Shown: piece by piece, positions 1 to 9,097 of the stretch
Layout: each line of letters begins with the position of its first letter
How positions within the stretch are numbered: the first letter of the stretch is position 1
Assembly (NCBI GenBank): GCA_937868765.1
Contig: CALMNL010000004.1
Location: forward strand, 320,749 to 384,748
Direction: 5' to 3'
DNA length: 64,000 nucleotides
Source of the DNA: an uncultured Desulfatitalea sp.
Lineage (GTDB): Bacteria; Desulfobacterota; Desulfobacteria; Desulfobacterales; Desulfosarcinaceae
Made by a program: the position numbers and the translations under genes
The notes under the pieces: generated by a model
Told to the model about the DNA's origin: nothing
The model's input: only the letters and a program-made list of their open reading frames with translations
Databases searched by the model: none

Positions 1-132
1 GCCCTGGCGGCCACCGGCGTGCTGCCCCTGGAACGCAGCCACTTCGAAACCACCATCCGGCGCATGGTGCCGGCGGACAAGGTGGCGGCCAATCTCACCG
101 CTTTCGACCGGGGCGGACAACTGGTGGCCTGA
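1..132 (+). CDS. C-terminal fragment of a 2-oxoacid (pyruvate/ketoisovalerate):ferredoxin oxidoreductase gamma subunit; 5' end lies outside the window
   Basis: Frame-1 translation ...ALAATGVLPLERSHFETTIRRMVPADKVAANLTAFDRGGQLVA* resembles the conserved C-terminal tail of POR/VOR gamma subunits (...N..AF..G). TGA stop at 130-132. Confidence 0.4.
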   Translation, partial: ALAATGVLPLERSHFETTIRRMVPADKVAANLTAFDRGGQLVA

Positions 133-145
133 CGGAAATTCTTCG

Positions 146-895
146 ATGTCCAGCGCATCGCTCTTCATCCCCTGCATCGTGGACCTCGTGCTGCCGGGCA
201 TCGGCGAAAGCACGGCGGCCATCGTGCGCCATCTCGGACTCACGCCCCGCTACCACCAGGCGCAGACCTGCTGCGGCCTGATGGCCTTCAACAGCGGTTT
301 CCGCGACGAGGCCCGGCGGCTGGCCCGCCATTTCATCGAAGTCTTTGAAGCCGACGAGGTCATCGTCAGCCCGTCGGGGTCGTGCGTAAACATGGTGAAA
401 AACCGCTACCCGGAACTCTTCGCCGACGAGCCGGCCTGGCAGCGGCGGGCCCTGGCCCTGGCACCGCGGGTCTTCGAACTGAGCCAGTTCATCGTGGACC
501 ACCTGGGCGTCACCGACCTGGGGGCGACCCGCCAGGCCGCGGTGGCCTACCACGAGTCGTGCAGCACCCTGAACGGCCTGGGGGTCTCGGCCCAACCCAG
601 GGCCCTGTTGGCCGCGGTGCGGGGCACCACCCTGGTGCCTTTCAAAGGCGCCGACGTGTGCTGCGGCTTCGGCGGCACTTTTTCAAACTCGTTTCCGGAG
701 ATCTCCACGGCCCTGGTATCCCAGAAGGTCGGCTTCTTTCTCGAAAGCGGCGCCGACCTGCTGGTGATGTGCGACCCGGGCTGCCTGCTCAACATCCAAG
801 GCTATCTGCACCGCCATCACCCGGGCAAGCAGGCCCTGCACCTGGCCGATTATCTGGCCGGCGCCCTGCCGGCGGGAACCGGGAGGCGGCCATGA
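146..895 (+). CDS. lutA: Lactate utilisation protein A (LutA); CCG-domain Fe-S oxidoreductase, GlcF/HdrD-like
   Basis: 249 aa. Cys-rich CCG-type motifs (QTCCGLMAFNSG, CVNMVKN, CCGFGGTFS, CDPGC). Followed directly by lutB and lutC. Confidence 0.8.
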   Translation: MSSASLFIPCIVDLVLPGIGESTAAIVRHLGLTPRYHQAQTCCGLMAFNSGFRDEARRLARHFIEVFEADEVIVSPSGSCVNMVKNRYPELFADEPAWQRRALALAPRVFELSQFIVDHLGVTDLGATRQAAVAYHESCSTLNGLGVSAQPRALLAAVRGTTLVPFKGADVCCGFGGTFSNSFPEISTALVSQKVGFFLESGADLLVMCDPGCLLNIQGYLHRHHPGKQALHLADYLAGALPAGTGRRP

Positions 896-2337
896 AAGTC
901 TCTACCGCACGCTTCCGGCAGACGGCCCTGGCAGAGCTGGCCAACGCCCGCACCCAGAAGTTTCTGCAGATCCTGCCGCTGCGCCTCTCGGCCCGGCGCC
1001 AGGAGGCCTATGGCAGTTTCAGCGATCCCGAGGCGGCCCACCGCCTGGGCCAGGCCATCCGGGGCGAGGCCCTGGCCCGGCTGCCCGAGCTGCTGGAACA
1101 ATTCGAGCGCAACGCCCAGGCCAACGGCGCCAAAGTCTTCTGGGCCGCGGACAGCCGGGCGGCCAACGGCTACATCGCCGACCTGGCCCGGGCCAAAGGG
1201 GTGCGCTACGTGACCAAGGGCAAGTCCATGATCACCGAGGAGCTGGGCCTCAACGAGCACCTGGCCGGCTGCGGGATCAGCGCCTGGGAGACCGACCTGG
1301 GCGAGTTCATCGCCCAGCTGCTGGAAAAGCCGCCCTTTCACATCGTGGGCCCGGCCATCAACATCCCGGTCGAACAGATCCGCGACATCTTCCTTGCGAA
1401 AGGGATTCTCGACCAGCCCACCACCGATCCGGTGGCCCTGGGCAAGGCCGCCCGGCGCTTTCTGCGCGACAAGTTCCGCGACCTGCAGATGGGCATCACG
1501 GGGGTCAACATCGCCGTGGCCGAGACCGGCACGGTGGTCAACGTGGAGAACGAGGGCAACATCCGCTTCAACAAATCGGCCCCCCGCACCCTGGTGTGCG
1601 TCATGAGCCTGGAAAAGGTGGTGCCCACCCTGGCCGACGCCCTGCACCTGCTGCGGGTGTTATGCCGCAGCGCCACGGGCCAGGCGGCCGGCGCCTACAT
1701 CTCCCTGGACAGCGGCCCCCGCAAAAACGGCGAGAACGACGGCCCGGAAGAGATGCACATCGTCATCCTGGACAACGGCCGCTCGGCGATCTACGCCAAC
1801 CGGCACACCCGGGAGGCCCTGCGCTGCATCCGCTGCGGCGCCTGCCTCAATGCCTGCCCGGTCTACGGCAAGGTGGGCGGCTATCCCTACGGCTGGGCCT
1901 ACTCGGGCCCCATGGGCCAGGTCCTGACCCCGGCCCTGCGCGGCCTGGCCGATGCCGGCGACCTGATCCGGGCCTGCACCCTGTGCCACCGCTGCAAGAG
2001 CATCTGCCCGGCCGGCATCGATCATCCCGGTCTGCTGCTGCACTACCGTTATAAAGATGTGCAGGCCGATCCGCTGCTTGCGGGCCGCGGCGCCGACCCC
2101 AAAGAGCGCCTGGCCCACCGCTTGTTCGCCCTGGCCGGCAGCCGCTATGCCTATTGGCGGCTTTTCTCCAGGACGCTGCGCCTGGCGGGCCGGTTCTTCA
2201 CGCGGGGAGAAATGCTTCACGGCCTGGGACCATTGGGGCGCGGCTGGTTCCAGAGCCGCGATCTGCCGGCATTGCCGAAGAAGAGTTTTCACGAGCGCTG
2301 GCCGGAGATTGCGGCAAAGCACGACCACCGTTTATAA
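892..2337 (+). CDS. lutB: Lactate utilisation protein B (LutB); 4Fe-4S ferredoxin domain plus LUD/DUF162 domain
   Basis: ATG at 892 overlaps the lutA stop (ATGA). MKVSTARFRQ... carries CIRCGACLNACPVYGKVGGYPYGW and CTLCHRCKSICPAG cluster motifs. The ORF-track start at 382 is an out-of-frame run-on inside lutA. Confidence 0.8.
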   Translation: MKVSTARFRQTALAELANARTQKFLQILPLRLSARRQEAYGSFSDPEAAHRLGQAIRGEALARLPELLEQFERNAQANGAKVFWAADSRAANGYIADLARAKGVRYVTKGKSMITEELGLNEHLAGCGISAWETDLGEFIAQLLEKPPFHIVGPAINIPVEQIRDIFLAKGILDQPTTDPVALGKAARRFLRDKFRDLQMGITGVNIAVAETGTVVNVENEGNIRFNKSAPRTLVCVMSLEKVVPTLADALHLLRVLCRSATGQAAGAYISLDSGPRKNGENDGPEEMHIVILDNGRSAIYANRHTREALRCIRCGACLNACPVYGKVGGYPYGWAYSGPMGQVLTPALRGLADAGDLIRACTLCHRCKSICPAGIDHPGLLLHYRYKDVQADPLLAGRGADPKERLAHRLFALAGSRYAYWRLFSRTLRLAGRFFTRGEMLHGLGPLGRGWFQSRDLPALPKKSFHERWPEIAAKHDHRL

Positions 2338-2376
2338 TCGATTTTCGCGAAGCAATTGCTTCACCGGGGAAAGCCT

Positions 2377-3045
2377 ATGGAAACCAACGCGCGCGAAGCG
2401 ATCCTCGACCGGCTCAAATCCGCCCATCCCGCATCCGTGCCGCCGCGGCCCAGCCTGCCGCCGGCCAGGGAGCTGGCGCTGGATGCCGGGGAATGCGTGG
2501 CGCGCTTTCAGGAGCAGCTCGCGGCCCAGGGCGGGGTGGCTTTCCAAATGGCCGATGAAGCCGCCCTGCTGGCCAGGCTGGAAGAGATCCTGCGCCAGGA
2601 AGCGGTCACCCGCGCCATGGCTGCGGAGGATGCCGTCCTGGCGCCCCTGGACCTTTCGCCGTGGGGTAACCGCGTGGGTGTTGAGATCGTCTCCCCCGCC
2701 GCTTTCAATGACCGCGACGGCTACACCCGGGCAGTCTTCGACCAGGTCCAGGCCGGCATCACCGGCGCCGACTATGCCGTGGCCGAATCGGGCACCCTGG
2801 TGCTGGTCCATGACGCCCGCCAGCCGCGGCTGATCTCCCTGGCACCCCTGGTACACATCGCGGTGGTGCCGCTGGCGCGCGTCGTTCCCACGTATGAAGC
2901 GGCCATTGCGTCCCTCTTCGACGGCGGCCGCCGGCCTTCCCAGGTGACCCTGATCACCGGTCCCAGCATGACCGCCGACATCCAGGCCACACCCTTCCGA
3001 GGCATGCATGGCCCCCAGAAGCTTTACGTGCTGCTGCTGGGTTGA
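2377..3045 (+). CDS. lutC: Lactate utilisation protein C (LutC), LUD domain
   Basis: METNAREAILDRLK... with GITGADYAVAESGTLVL. Completes the lutABC order. GGGGAAAG lies upstream of the ATG. Confidence 0.75.
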   Translation: METNAREAILDRLKSAHPASVPPRPSLPPARELALDAGECVARFQEQLAAQGGVAFQMADEAALLARLEEILRQEAVTRAMAAEDAVLAPLDLSPWGNRVGVEIVSPAAFNDRDGYTRAVFDQVQAGITGADYAVAESGTLVLVHDARQPRLISLAPLVHIAVVPLARVVPTYEAAIASLFDGGRRPSQVTLITGPSMTADIQATPFRGMHGPQKLYVLLLG

Positions 3046-3128
3046 TCCTGGCCGACGACCAGGTCCGAAAACGTCTTGCCGCCCGCCACGGCGATGGTCA
3101 ATATAAAGCTGCGTTTGAAAATGATGCC

Positions 3129-4631
3129 ATGGGGAGCGACGAGGCGATGCTGGACGTACAAATCTGCGAAAGGGCCCGACTGGCCCGGGATGCCCGCTTC
3201 GACGGCCTGTTTTTCACAGGGGTGTTGAGCACCGGTATCTTCTGCCGCCCGATCTGCCCGGCGCCGCAGCCCAAGGCCAGGAATGTAGTCTATTTTCCTT
3301 CGGCCGCGGCCGCCGCCGCGGCGGGTCTGCGCCCCTGCCTGCGCTGTCGTCCGGAAGCGGCGCCCGGCACGCCGGCCTGGAACGGCACGGCGGCTACCGT
3401 CTCGCGGGCCCTGACCCTCATCCGCCAGGGGGCGCTGCAGAGCGGCGGTCTGAGCGCCCTGGCCGGGCGCCTGGGTGTCGGCCCCCGGCATCTGCGCCGC
3501 CTGTTCGAACGGCACCTGGGCACCTCACCCATGGCCATGGCCAATATCCAGCGGGTCTTATTCGCCAAAAAGCTATTGGCCGAAACGCAGTGGCCGATCA
3601 CCGAGATCGCCCTCTGCTCCGGTTTCGGCAGCATCCGGCGCTTCAATGCGGCCTTCCGCAACCTCTACGGCCGCTCCCCCGGCGATTTCCGCCGTGGTCT
3701 GGACGGGCGGCGCCCGGCGGACGCCGCCCGCTTCGAGTGCACCCTGACCCTGCCCTATCGCCCGCCTTATCATTGGGAGGCGATGCTGGCTTTCTTCGCC
3801 GCTCGGGCCATCCCCGGGGTGGAAAAGGTCACACCGGCGGGCTACCACCGCACCCTGCGCACCCTCGGCGGCCCGGGATGGCTGCAGGTGAGGCCTGCCC
3901 CGGCCGGCCATGCGCTGGCGCTGCAGATCTGCCTGCCCGACAGCCGCGGGCTCATGACGCTGGTGGATCGGGTCCGCCGCATGTTCGACCTGGACGCCAA
4001 TCTGGCAGCCGTGCAGCCGGTCCTGCTGGCCGATGAGGATTTGGCGCCCCTGGTGCGCCGCTATCCGGGCATGCGCCTGCCCGGGGCCTGGGACCCTTTC
4101 GAAACCGCCGTGCGGGCTGTGGTCGGCCAGCAGATTTCGATCAAGGCCGCGCGCACCCTGCTGGGCCGCATCGCCGCGAGCGCCGGACCTGCAGTTGCGA
4201 CCGTCCACCCGGGGCTGAGCCATTGCTTTCCCACGGCCGAAGAACTGCTTTGCGCAGCGCCGCCGCCCGGCCTAAGCCCCCGCCGCTGGCAAACCCTTGC
4301 CGGCCTGGCCCGGGCCATCGGCGACGGCGCCATCGAGCTGAGCCCGCACACCGACCTGGAAACCTTTGTGCAGGCCTTGACCCGCCTGCCCGGGATCGGG
4401 CCGTGGACCGCCCAGTACATAGCCATGCGGGCGCTGGGCGAACCGGATGCCTTTCCGGCCGGTGACCTGGGGTTGTGCCAGGCCCTTGAACGCAACGGCA
4501 CCCGGCCGACCCAGCGCCAGATCCTGGCACGAGCCGAGTCCTGGCGCCCCTGGCGAGCCTACGCAGCCACCTATCTCTGGCAGCGCATGGTTCCGGAGGG
4601 CGGCGAAAGCGTCGAGAAACAATCGGATTGA
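3129..4631 (+). CDS. Ada-AlkA fusion: N-Ada Zn-Cys methylphosphotriester-DNA methyltransferase plus AraC-type HTH, fused to DNA-3-methyladenine glycosylase II (AlkA, HhH-GPD)
   Basis: ARLARDARFDGLFFTGVLSTGIFCRPICPA...RPCLRCRP aligns with E. coli Ada 20-70 (zinc Cys cluster). This is followed by an AraC HTH (RRLFERHLGTSPMAMANIQRVLFAKKLL), then an HhH-GPD region (LPGIGPWTAQYIAMRALGEPDAFPAGD). Start at the ATG MGSDEAML; a TTG at 3042 is the alternative. Confidence 0.8.
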   Translation: MGSDEAMLDVQICERARLARDARFDGLFFTGVLSTGIFCRPICPAPQPKARNVVYFPSAAAAAAAGLRPCLRCRPEAAPGTPAWNGTAATVSRALTLIRQGALQSGGLSALAGRLGVGPRHLRRLFERHLGTSPMAMANIQRVLFAKKLLAETQWPITEIALCSGFGSIRRFNAAFRNLYGRSPGDFRRGLDGRRPADAARFECTLTLPYRPPYHWEAMLAFFAARAIPGVEKVTPAGYHRTLRTLGGPGWLQVRPAPAGHALALQICLPDSRGLMTLVDRVRRMFDLDANLAAVQPVLLADEDLAPLVRRYPGMRLPGAWDPFETAVRAVVGQQISIKAARTLLGRIAASAGPAVATVHPGLSHCFPTAEELLCAAPPPGLSPRRWQTLAGLARAIGDGAIELSPHTDLETFVQALTRLPGIGPWTAQYIAMRALGEPDAFPAGDLGLCQALERNGTRPTQRQILARAESWRPWRAYAATYLWQRMVPEGGESVEKQSD

Positions 4632-4654
4632 ATTCACTGAAAGGGAGGCCGACA

Positions 4655-5164
4655 ATGGTGCGCTACGATCACTTCGCTAGCGGCAAGATAGGCACACTCA
4701 CCCTGGTGGGAGACGATCAGGGCCTGCGCCGGATCCATTTCGAAACCGGCCGCCGGCCGCTGACCATCCAGCCGGATTGGCGACAGGATGCCGACCTTTT
4801 CGCGGAGGCCAAACAGCAGCTGGCCGAATATTTTGAGGGCCGACGGCGGACCTTCGACCTGCCCCTGGCTCCGGCGGGAACCGCTTTCCAGATGGCGGTC
4901 TGGGAGGCGTTGCGCGCCATCCCCTACGGCCAGCTGGTGAGCTACCGCTGGGTGGCCGAACGCATCGGCAATGTGAAGGCCAGCCGGGCCGCGGGCGGCG
5001 CCATCGGGCGCAACCCGCTGCCCATCGTCATCCCTTGCCATCGGGTGGTGGGCAGCGACGGCGCGCTCACCGGCTTCGGGGGGGGATTGGCGGTCAAGGA
5101 ACGGTTGATCGAACTGGAAGGTGGTCTCCCAGGCCTTCAGGGGTCACAAAAAAAGAATCGATAG
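4655..5164 (+). CDS. ogt: O6-methylguanine-DNA methyltransferase (Ogt / Ada C-terminal-like)
   Basis: MVRYDHF...; active-site motif IPCHRVVGSDGALTGFGGGL (PCHRV). RBS AAAGGGAGG sits 7 nt upstream. Confidence 0.85.
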   Translation: MVRYDHFASGKIGTLTLVGDDQGLRRIHFETGRRPLTIQPDWRQDADLFAEAKQQLAEYFEGRRRTFDLPLAPAGTAFQMAVWEALRAIPYGQLVSYRWVAERIGNVKASRAAGGAIGRNPLPIVIPCHRVVGSDGALTGFGGGLAVKERLIELEGGLPGLQGSQKKNR

Positions 5165-5219
5165 ATCCCAAATTTTGCCCCCTGATCCCTGGATACGCGG
5201 TCGGCTGCCCGCCGCCGCA

Positions 5220-6098
5220 TCAGGTCAAAATGGCGCCCTTGCGCGGCACATCGACCAAGGCCGGGCTCGCGTCCGCCCGGTCGAAGCCCGCATCCATCTC
5301 CTGGACGCGCATCTGATGCAGCTCGCGGTAATGGGGATGGGTGAAGATGAAGAACTCGTCGTTGCGCAGCCCCTCCAACACGCGGTTGGCGGCGATCTCG
5401 GTGTCGATGCCGGTGACCACCAGCTCCTTGTTGTATTTGCGGGCCGGCTTCTCCTTGACCAGGTCGTCGTGGTAAAGGGCCCCGCCGTATCGCGCCTGGC
5501 GGTTGCGATAGCTGTCATAAACCCGGGACTTGACGAAGCCGGGGCAGAGCACCGACACGCCGATGCCGTCCTTCTTGAACTCCGAGCGCCAGCACTCCGA
5601 GAGGCTCACCACGGCCGCCTTGGTGGCGCAGTAGGGGCCGGAAAAGGAGACCCCGTGGATGCCGGCGATGCTGGCCACATTCAGGATGTGGCCGCCTTCG
5701 CCGTGGGCTTTCATCAAGGGGTGGAACACCTGGGCGCCGTAGACGATGCCCATGAGGTTGACGTCGATGGTCCAGCGCCAGTCCGCTTCGGTCAGATGCT
5801 TATGAGCGCCGGTGGCGGCCACGCCGGCGTTGCCCACCAGCAGGTGCACCTTGCCGAAGGTGGCGGTGGCTTTGGCGGCCGCAACCGCCCACTCCTCTTT
5901 GAGCGCCACGTCCAGAGGAACCCCATCGACCTGCAGGCCCTCGCCCTGCAGGGCTTTGACCGCTTCGGTCAGCATGGCCGTGTCGATGTCGGCCAGCATG
6001 ACGTTCATGCCCTGCCGGCCGAGCACGCGCCCGATGTGAAACCCGATGCCCTCCGCGCCACCGGTGATAAACGCCGTCCTGCCTTTGAAATCTTTCAT
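5220..6098 (-). CDS. Short-chain dehydrogenase/reductase (SDR) family oxidoreductase
   Basis: MKDFKGRTAFITGGAEGIGF (TGxxxGxG), NAG, and a catalytic Y-x3-K (SGPYCATKAA). AGGAG RBS. The longer ORF to 6230 has no RBS. Confidence 0.8.
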   Translation of the reverse strand: MKDFKGRTAFITGGAEGIGFHIGRVLGRQGMNVMLADIDTAMLTEAVKALQGEGLQVDGVPLDVALKEEWAVAAAKATATFGKVHLLVGNAGVAATGAHKHLTEADWRWTIDVNLMGIVYGAQVFHPLMKAHGEGGHILNVASIAGIHGVSFSGPYCATKAAVVSLSECWRSEFKKDGIGVSVLCPGFVKSRVYDSYRNRQARYGGALYHDDLVKEKPARKYNKELVVTGIDTEIAANRVLEGLRNDEFFIFTHPHYRELHQMRVQEMDAGFDRADASPALVDVPRKGAILT

Positions 6099-6564
6099 AT
6101 GCGCTCCTGTTTGAGTGTTTTTTAGCGTCCCAAAACGTCTGGCCGGCCCCTGCCGGAAAAAGGAAAGCCGGTAGGGTCGGAAACAAACGGTGCCCGGCCC
6201 GGTCGGCATCCGTCGCTGCGTGCAAGGCAATGAGGATCCGAAAGGACGTCGAGCAGATAACAGAAACCCGATGCGTATGTCAATTTGACTTGTTGTTGAA
6301 AAATAGCACCAAAAGGACCCATGCCCTGCGTTGCAACTTGCAGCCTTTATCTTTCATCTTTCCCCTCGCACCTTTTTTTGCTATCCATGCCTGACACCGC
6401 ACGTCCTATCTGCACCGCCCTTGCGCCTGTTGGGCTTTATGGCGAAAAAACCGGCAACCGCCAAGCAAAGGGAAATACCTTGCCGACCTGCATCTGCCGC
6501 AAACCCAGGACGTCCCAGCCGTCCAGATCCTGGCGGTCGCTCCAAAACGGCGCCTGCAGTCCGG

Positions 6565-7704
6565 ATGGGTGACGGTTTGAAGAGGGCACGCACATACCTC
6601 GGCCGCCCCGGCCGCAGTCTTCTGACCGGGCTGGCACTGTGCCTGCTCATCGGCCTGGGCGCCTGCACCGGCCGCACCGCCCCGCCGGCCGCGCCGCCGC
6701 CGCCCCTGGCCGAACCGGCGCCGGAGTTCGATCGCCTGTTCCAGCGCAGCGGCGACGGCTGGACCGGTGGCGACGGCACGTTGTCCGTGGCGCTGCCCGA
6801 CGGCCGAACGGTGTGGCTGTTCGGCGACACGCTGCTGGGCACGGTGGCGGCCGACCAGACCCGGGCGGCCGATACGCCCTTTATCCACAACAGCCTGGTG
6901 GTGCAGCGCGGCGGGTCGCTGGAAACCCGCCACGGCCATCGGGACGGCGTGCCAGCCGCCTTCTTCGACCTTCCTGAAAAAAACGCGTGGTACTGGCCCG
7001 GCGACGGCGTCGTGGAAGACGGCAGCCTGCGCGTGTTCCTGCACCGGTTCCGTCTCGAGGCGCCGGAATTATGGGCCTGGCGCTGGACCGGCACCGCCCT
7101 GGCCACCCTCTGCCTGCCCGATCTGCGCTGGACCGGCACCACGCCGGCGCCCTCGGACAACGGCGTACTTTACGGCGTCTGCGTCCTGGAGACCGACGCC
7201 TTCACCTACGTTTACGGCACCCGGGATCAAAGCCGGCCCAAACAGGCCCATGTGGCCCGGGTCGCCGCCGGCCGCATCCTCGGTGCCTGGCACTACTTCG
7301 ACGGCCGCCGATGGACGGACCGATCCACCGACACGGCCCCCGTTCTCGACGGCGTCTCCACCCAGTACGCCGTGATCCAGGCCTGCCAGGGCTACTTTCT
7401 CTTCAGCATGGACGGCCGCGTCCCCTTTTCCAACGTCATCGTGGCCTACCGCTCCCGGGCCCCCACCGGCCCCTGGCAAGGCCCCCAGGCGGTTTACCAG
7501 GCCCCCGAAGCCAACGCCCGCATCGCCGTCTACAACCCCTTTGTCCACACCCAATTCACCGACCGGGGCCGGGTGCTCATCTCTTACAACGTCAACCACG
7601 TCAGCGACCCCGAGGCCCTCTTTGGCGACGCCACCATCTACCGGCCGCGCTTCATCCGCGTGAACCTGGGCGAACTCGACCGGCGCTTCCACGCCCGAGA
7701 ATAG
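6565..7704 (+). CDS. Probable secreted lipoprotein; beta-propeller/sialidase-fold-like (DUF4185-like) domain. Start uncertain
   Basis: MGDGLKRARTYLGRPGRSLLTGLALCLLIGLGAC has a signal peptide plus a lipobox-like LGAC. TVWLFGDTLLG and NAWYWPGDGVV are typical of GH43/DUF4185-like folds. The family assignment is from memory only. Confidence 0.5.
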   Translation: MGDGLKRARTYLGRPGRSLLTGLALCLLIGLGACTGRTAPPAAPPPPLAEPAPEFDRLFQRSGDGWTGGDGTLSVALPDGRTVWLFGDTLLGTVAADQTRAADTPFIHNSLVVQRGGSLETRHGHRDGVPAAFFDLPEKNAWYWPGDGVVEDGSLRVFLHRFRLEAPELWAWRWTGTALATLCLPDLRWTGTTPAPSDNGVLYGVCVLETDAFTYVYGTRDQSRPKQAHVARVAAGRILGAWHYFDGRRWTDRSTDTAPVLDGVSTQYAVIQACQGYFLFSMDGRVPFSNVIVAYRSRAPTGPWQGPQAVYQAPEANARIAVYNPFVHTQFTDRGRVLISYNVNHVSDPEALFGDATIYRPRFIRVNLGELDRRFHARE

Positions 7705-7749
7705 CCGCCCTATCCACCGCCTTGACGAAACGGCCGCTTTACGGCTACC

Positions 7750-9069
7750 GTGGGCCAACACCATCGAGGAGCCATGCCGATACCCTTCAGCGACCCCCTT
7801 GTGCGTTTTATCTCCGCCGGCTGGCGCCTGGCCTTCCGGGAACCGCTCCCCGAAGGCCTCCGGCAGCATCTGGGCCGCATGCTCTCGTTCGGCGCCGCCA
7901 TCGCCGCGGCCCGCATCATTTCGGCCATGGCCCAAATCCTCATTGGAAGAATCCTCGGCCCGACGCAATATGGAAAGTTGACCATCGTGATGCTGCTGGC
8001 CGGTTACTTTTCCCTGCCCATCATCGGCGGATGGGGGCTCGCTTTCACGCGCGTGGCCGCAACGCAGATGGAAACCGAAAAGCGATTTCAAGCCCTCAAG
8101 GCCTTGCTGCTCATTTGTCTTTGCTTCGCCGTGGCGGTCGCCTTCGGCCTGTATCTCTTGCGCATTCCCTTGGGCGAATGGCTCAACATCCAGCGCCCAC
8201 TGATGAACCTGACGCTGGTGATGAGCCTGTTGTATGCCTGGTGGATTCTGGCCAAGCAGGTCGCCCAGGCTTTCCAGGCGTGGGGCAGTTATATCGCCGC
8301 AGACCTGGGGTGGGCCTTGTTGCTGCTGGGCCTTGCCGCCCTTTTGATGGCGCTCGGGCAAATGACCCTCACGACCGCCTGTGCGGCATTCTGGACAGCC
8401 TACTTTTTCTCCGGCCTGGCCCTGGCCAAATGGGCACGCAAAGTCATCGGCACGGGTCCGGCGGTTGCCTTTGCCCGACCGATATTGCAGCACGGCGGCA
8501 TTCTGCTGCTCAACGGCATCATCGGCACGGCCGCCTACAGTGTCGATCGGCTCCTGCTGCAACGCTTCCTCGGCCCTCAGGAGGTCGGTCTCTATCAAGC
8601 TCATCTGCTGGCCACCTTCGGTTTGGTCAGCTCTTTGATGAACCTGATATTAACCTACGCTTTCCCCCTCTTTTGCAGAGATGATCACAACGCCATGCAC
8701 CAGAGCCTCAAACGTATATCATGGCTACAATACCCATTCACGATACTGCTGTCCGCCGTGGTGGGGATGGCCGGCCTGTATCTCTATGGTTATCCGGTTT
8801 CGCCGCTCCTATTCATTTGCTTCTGTCTCTTCAGCGGCCTTCAGTTTCACAGCCAGATCAAGGCCTGGTATATTTCCAGCAAAGGCGCCGCCGCCACGCG
8901 ACGCGTGCTCGGTTCTCAATTGCTTTTTCTGGGCATGGTCATTGTGCTGCTGACAGGGCTCACGAAGCATCTTGGCATTCAGGCCGGCGGCGTATCGCTG
9001 GTGGCATCTTCCTTGATTTCGCTGCTGTATCTATCCAGAATCGAAAAAGGACTGCCCGGCAATTCCTGA
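7750..9069 (+). CDS. Polysaccharide biosynthesis protein / oligosaccharide flippase (MOP superfamily, Wzx-like)
   Basis: About 12 predicted TM helices throughout. GTG at 7750 or ATG at 7774 (GAGGAG lies 2 nt upstream of the ATG). Typical Wzx length. Confidence 0.65.
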   Translation: MGQHHRGAMPIPFSDPLVRFISAGWRLAFREPLPEGLRQHLGRMLSFGAAIAAARIISAMAQILIGRILGPTQYGKLTIVMLLAGYFSLPIIGGWGLAFTRVAATQMETEKRFQALKALLLICLCFAVAVAFGLYLLRIPLGEWLNIQRPLMNLTLVMSLLYAWWILAKQVAQAFQAWGSYIAADLGWALLLLGLAALLMALGQMTLTTACAAFWTAYFFSGLALAKWARKVIGTGPAVAFARPILQHGGILLLNGIIGTAAYSVDRLLLQRFLGPQEVGLYQAHLLATFGLVSSLMNLILTYAFPLFCRDDHNAMHQSLKRISWLQYPFTILLSAVVGMAGLYLYGYPVSPLLFICFCLFSGLQFHSQIKAWYISSKGAAATRRVLGSQLLFLGMVIVLLTGLTKHLGIQAGGVSLVASSLISLLYLSRIEKGLPGNS

Positions 9070-9097
9070 AAAGCGGCCGAGGCCGCCCATACCAACT

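Noticed and set aside
382-891. 170-codon N-terminal extension of the lutB ORF in the six-frame track
   Set aside because: It overlaps lutA out of frame and is Arg/Pro/Gly-rich with no lutB homology. The true start is the ATG at 892, which overlaps the lutA stop.
6098-6565. Possible sigma54 (-24/-12) promoter around GTTGCAACTTGCAGCC upstream of the lipoprotein gene
   Set aside because: A TTGCA element is present, but there is no GG dinucleotide at the required -24 spacing. This is only a palindromic GTTGCAAC.
6987-8684. Long ORFs on both strands (565 aa and 511 aa) across the lipoprotein and flippase genes
   Set aside because: High-GC antisense or out-of-frame artefacts. Translations are Arg/Pro/Gly-rich without motifs.
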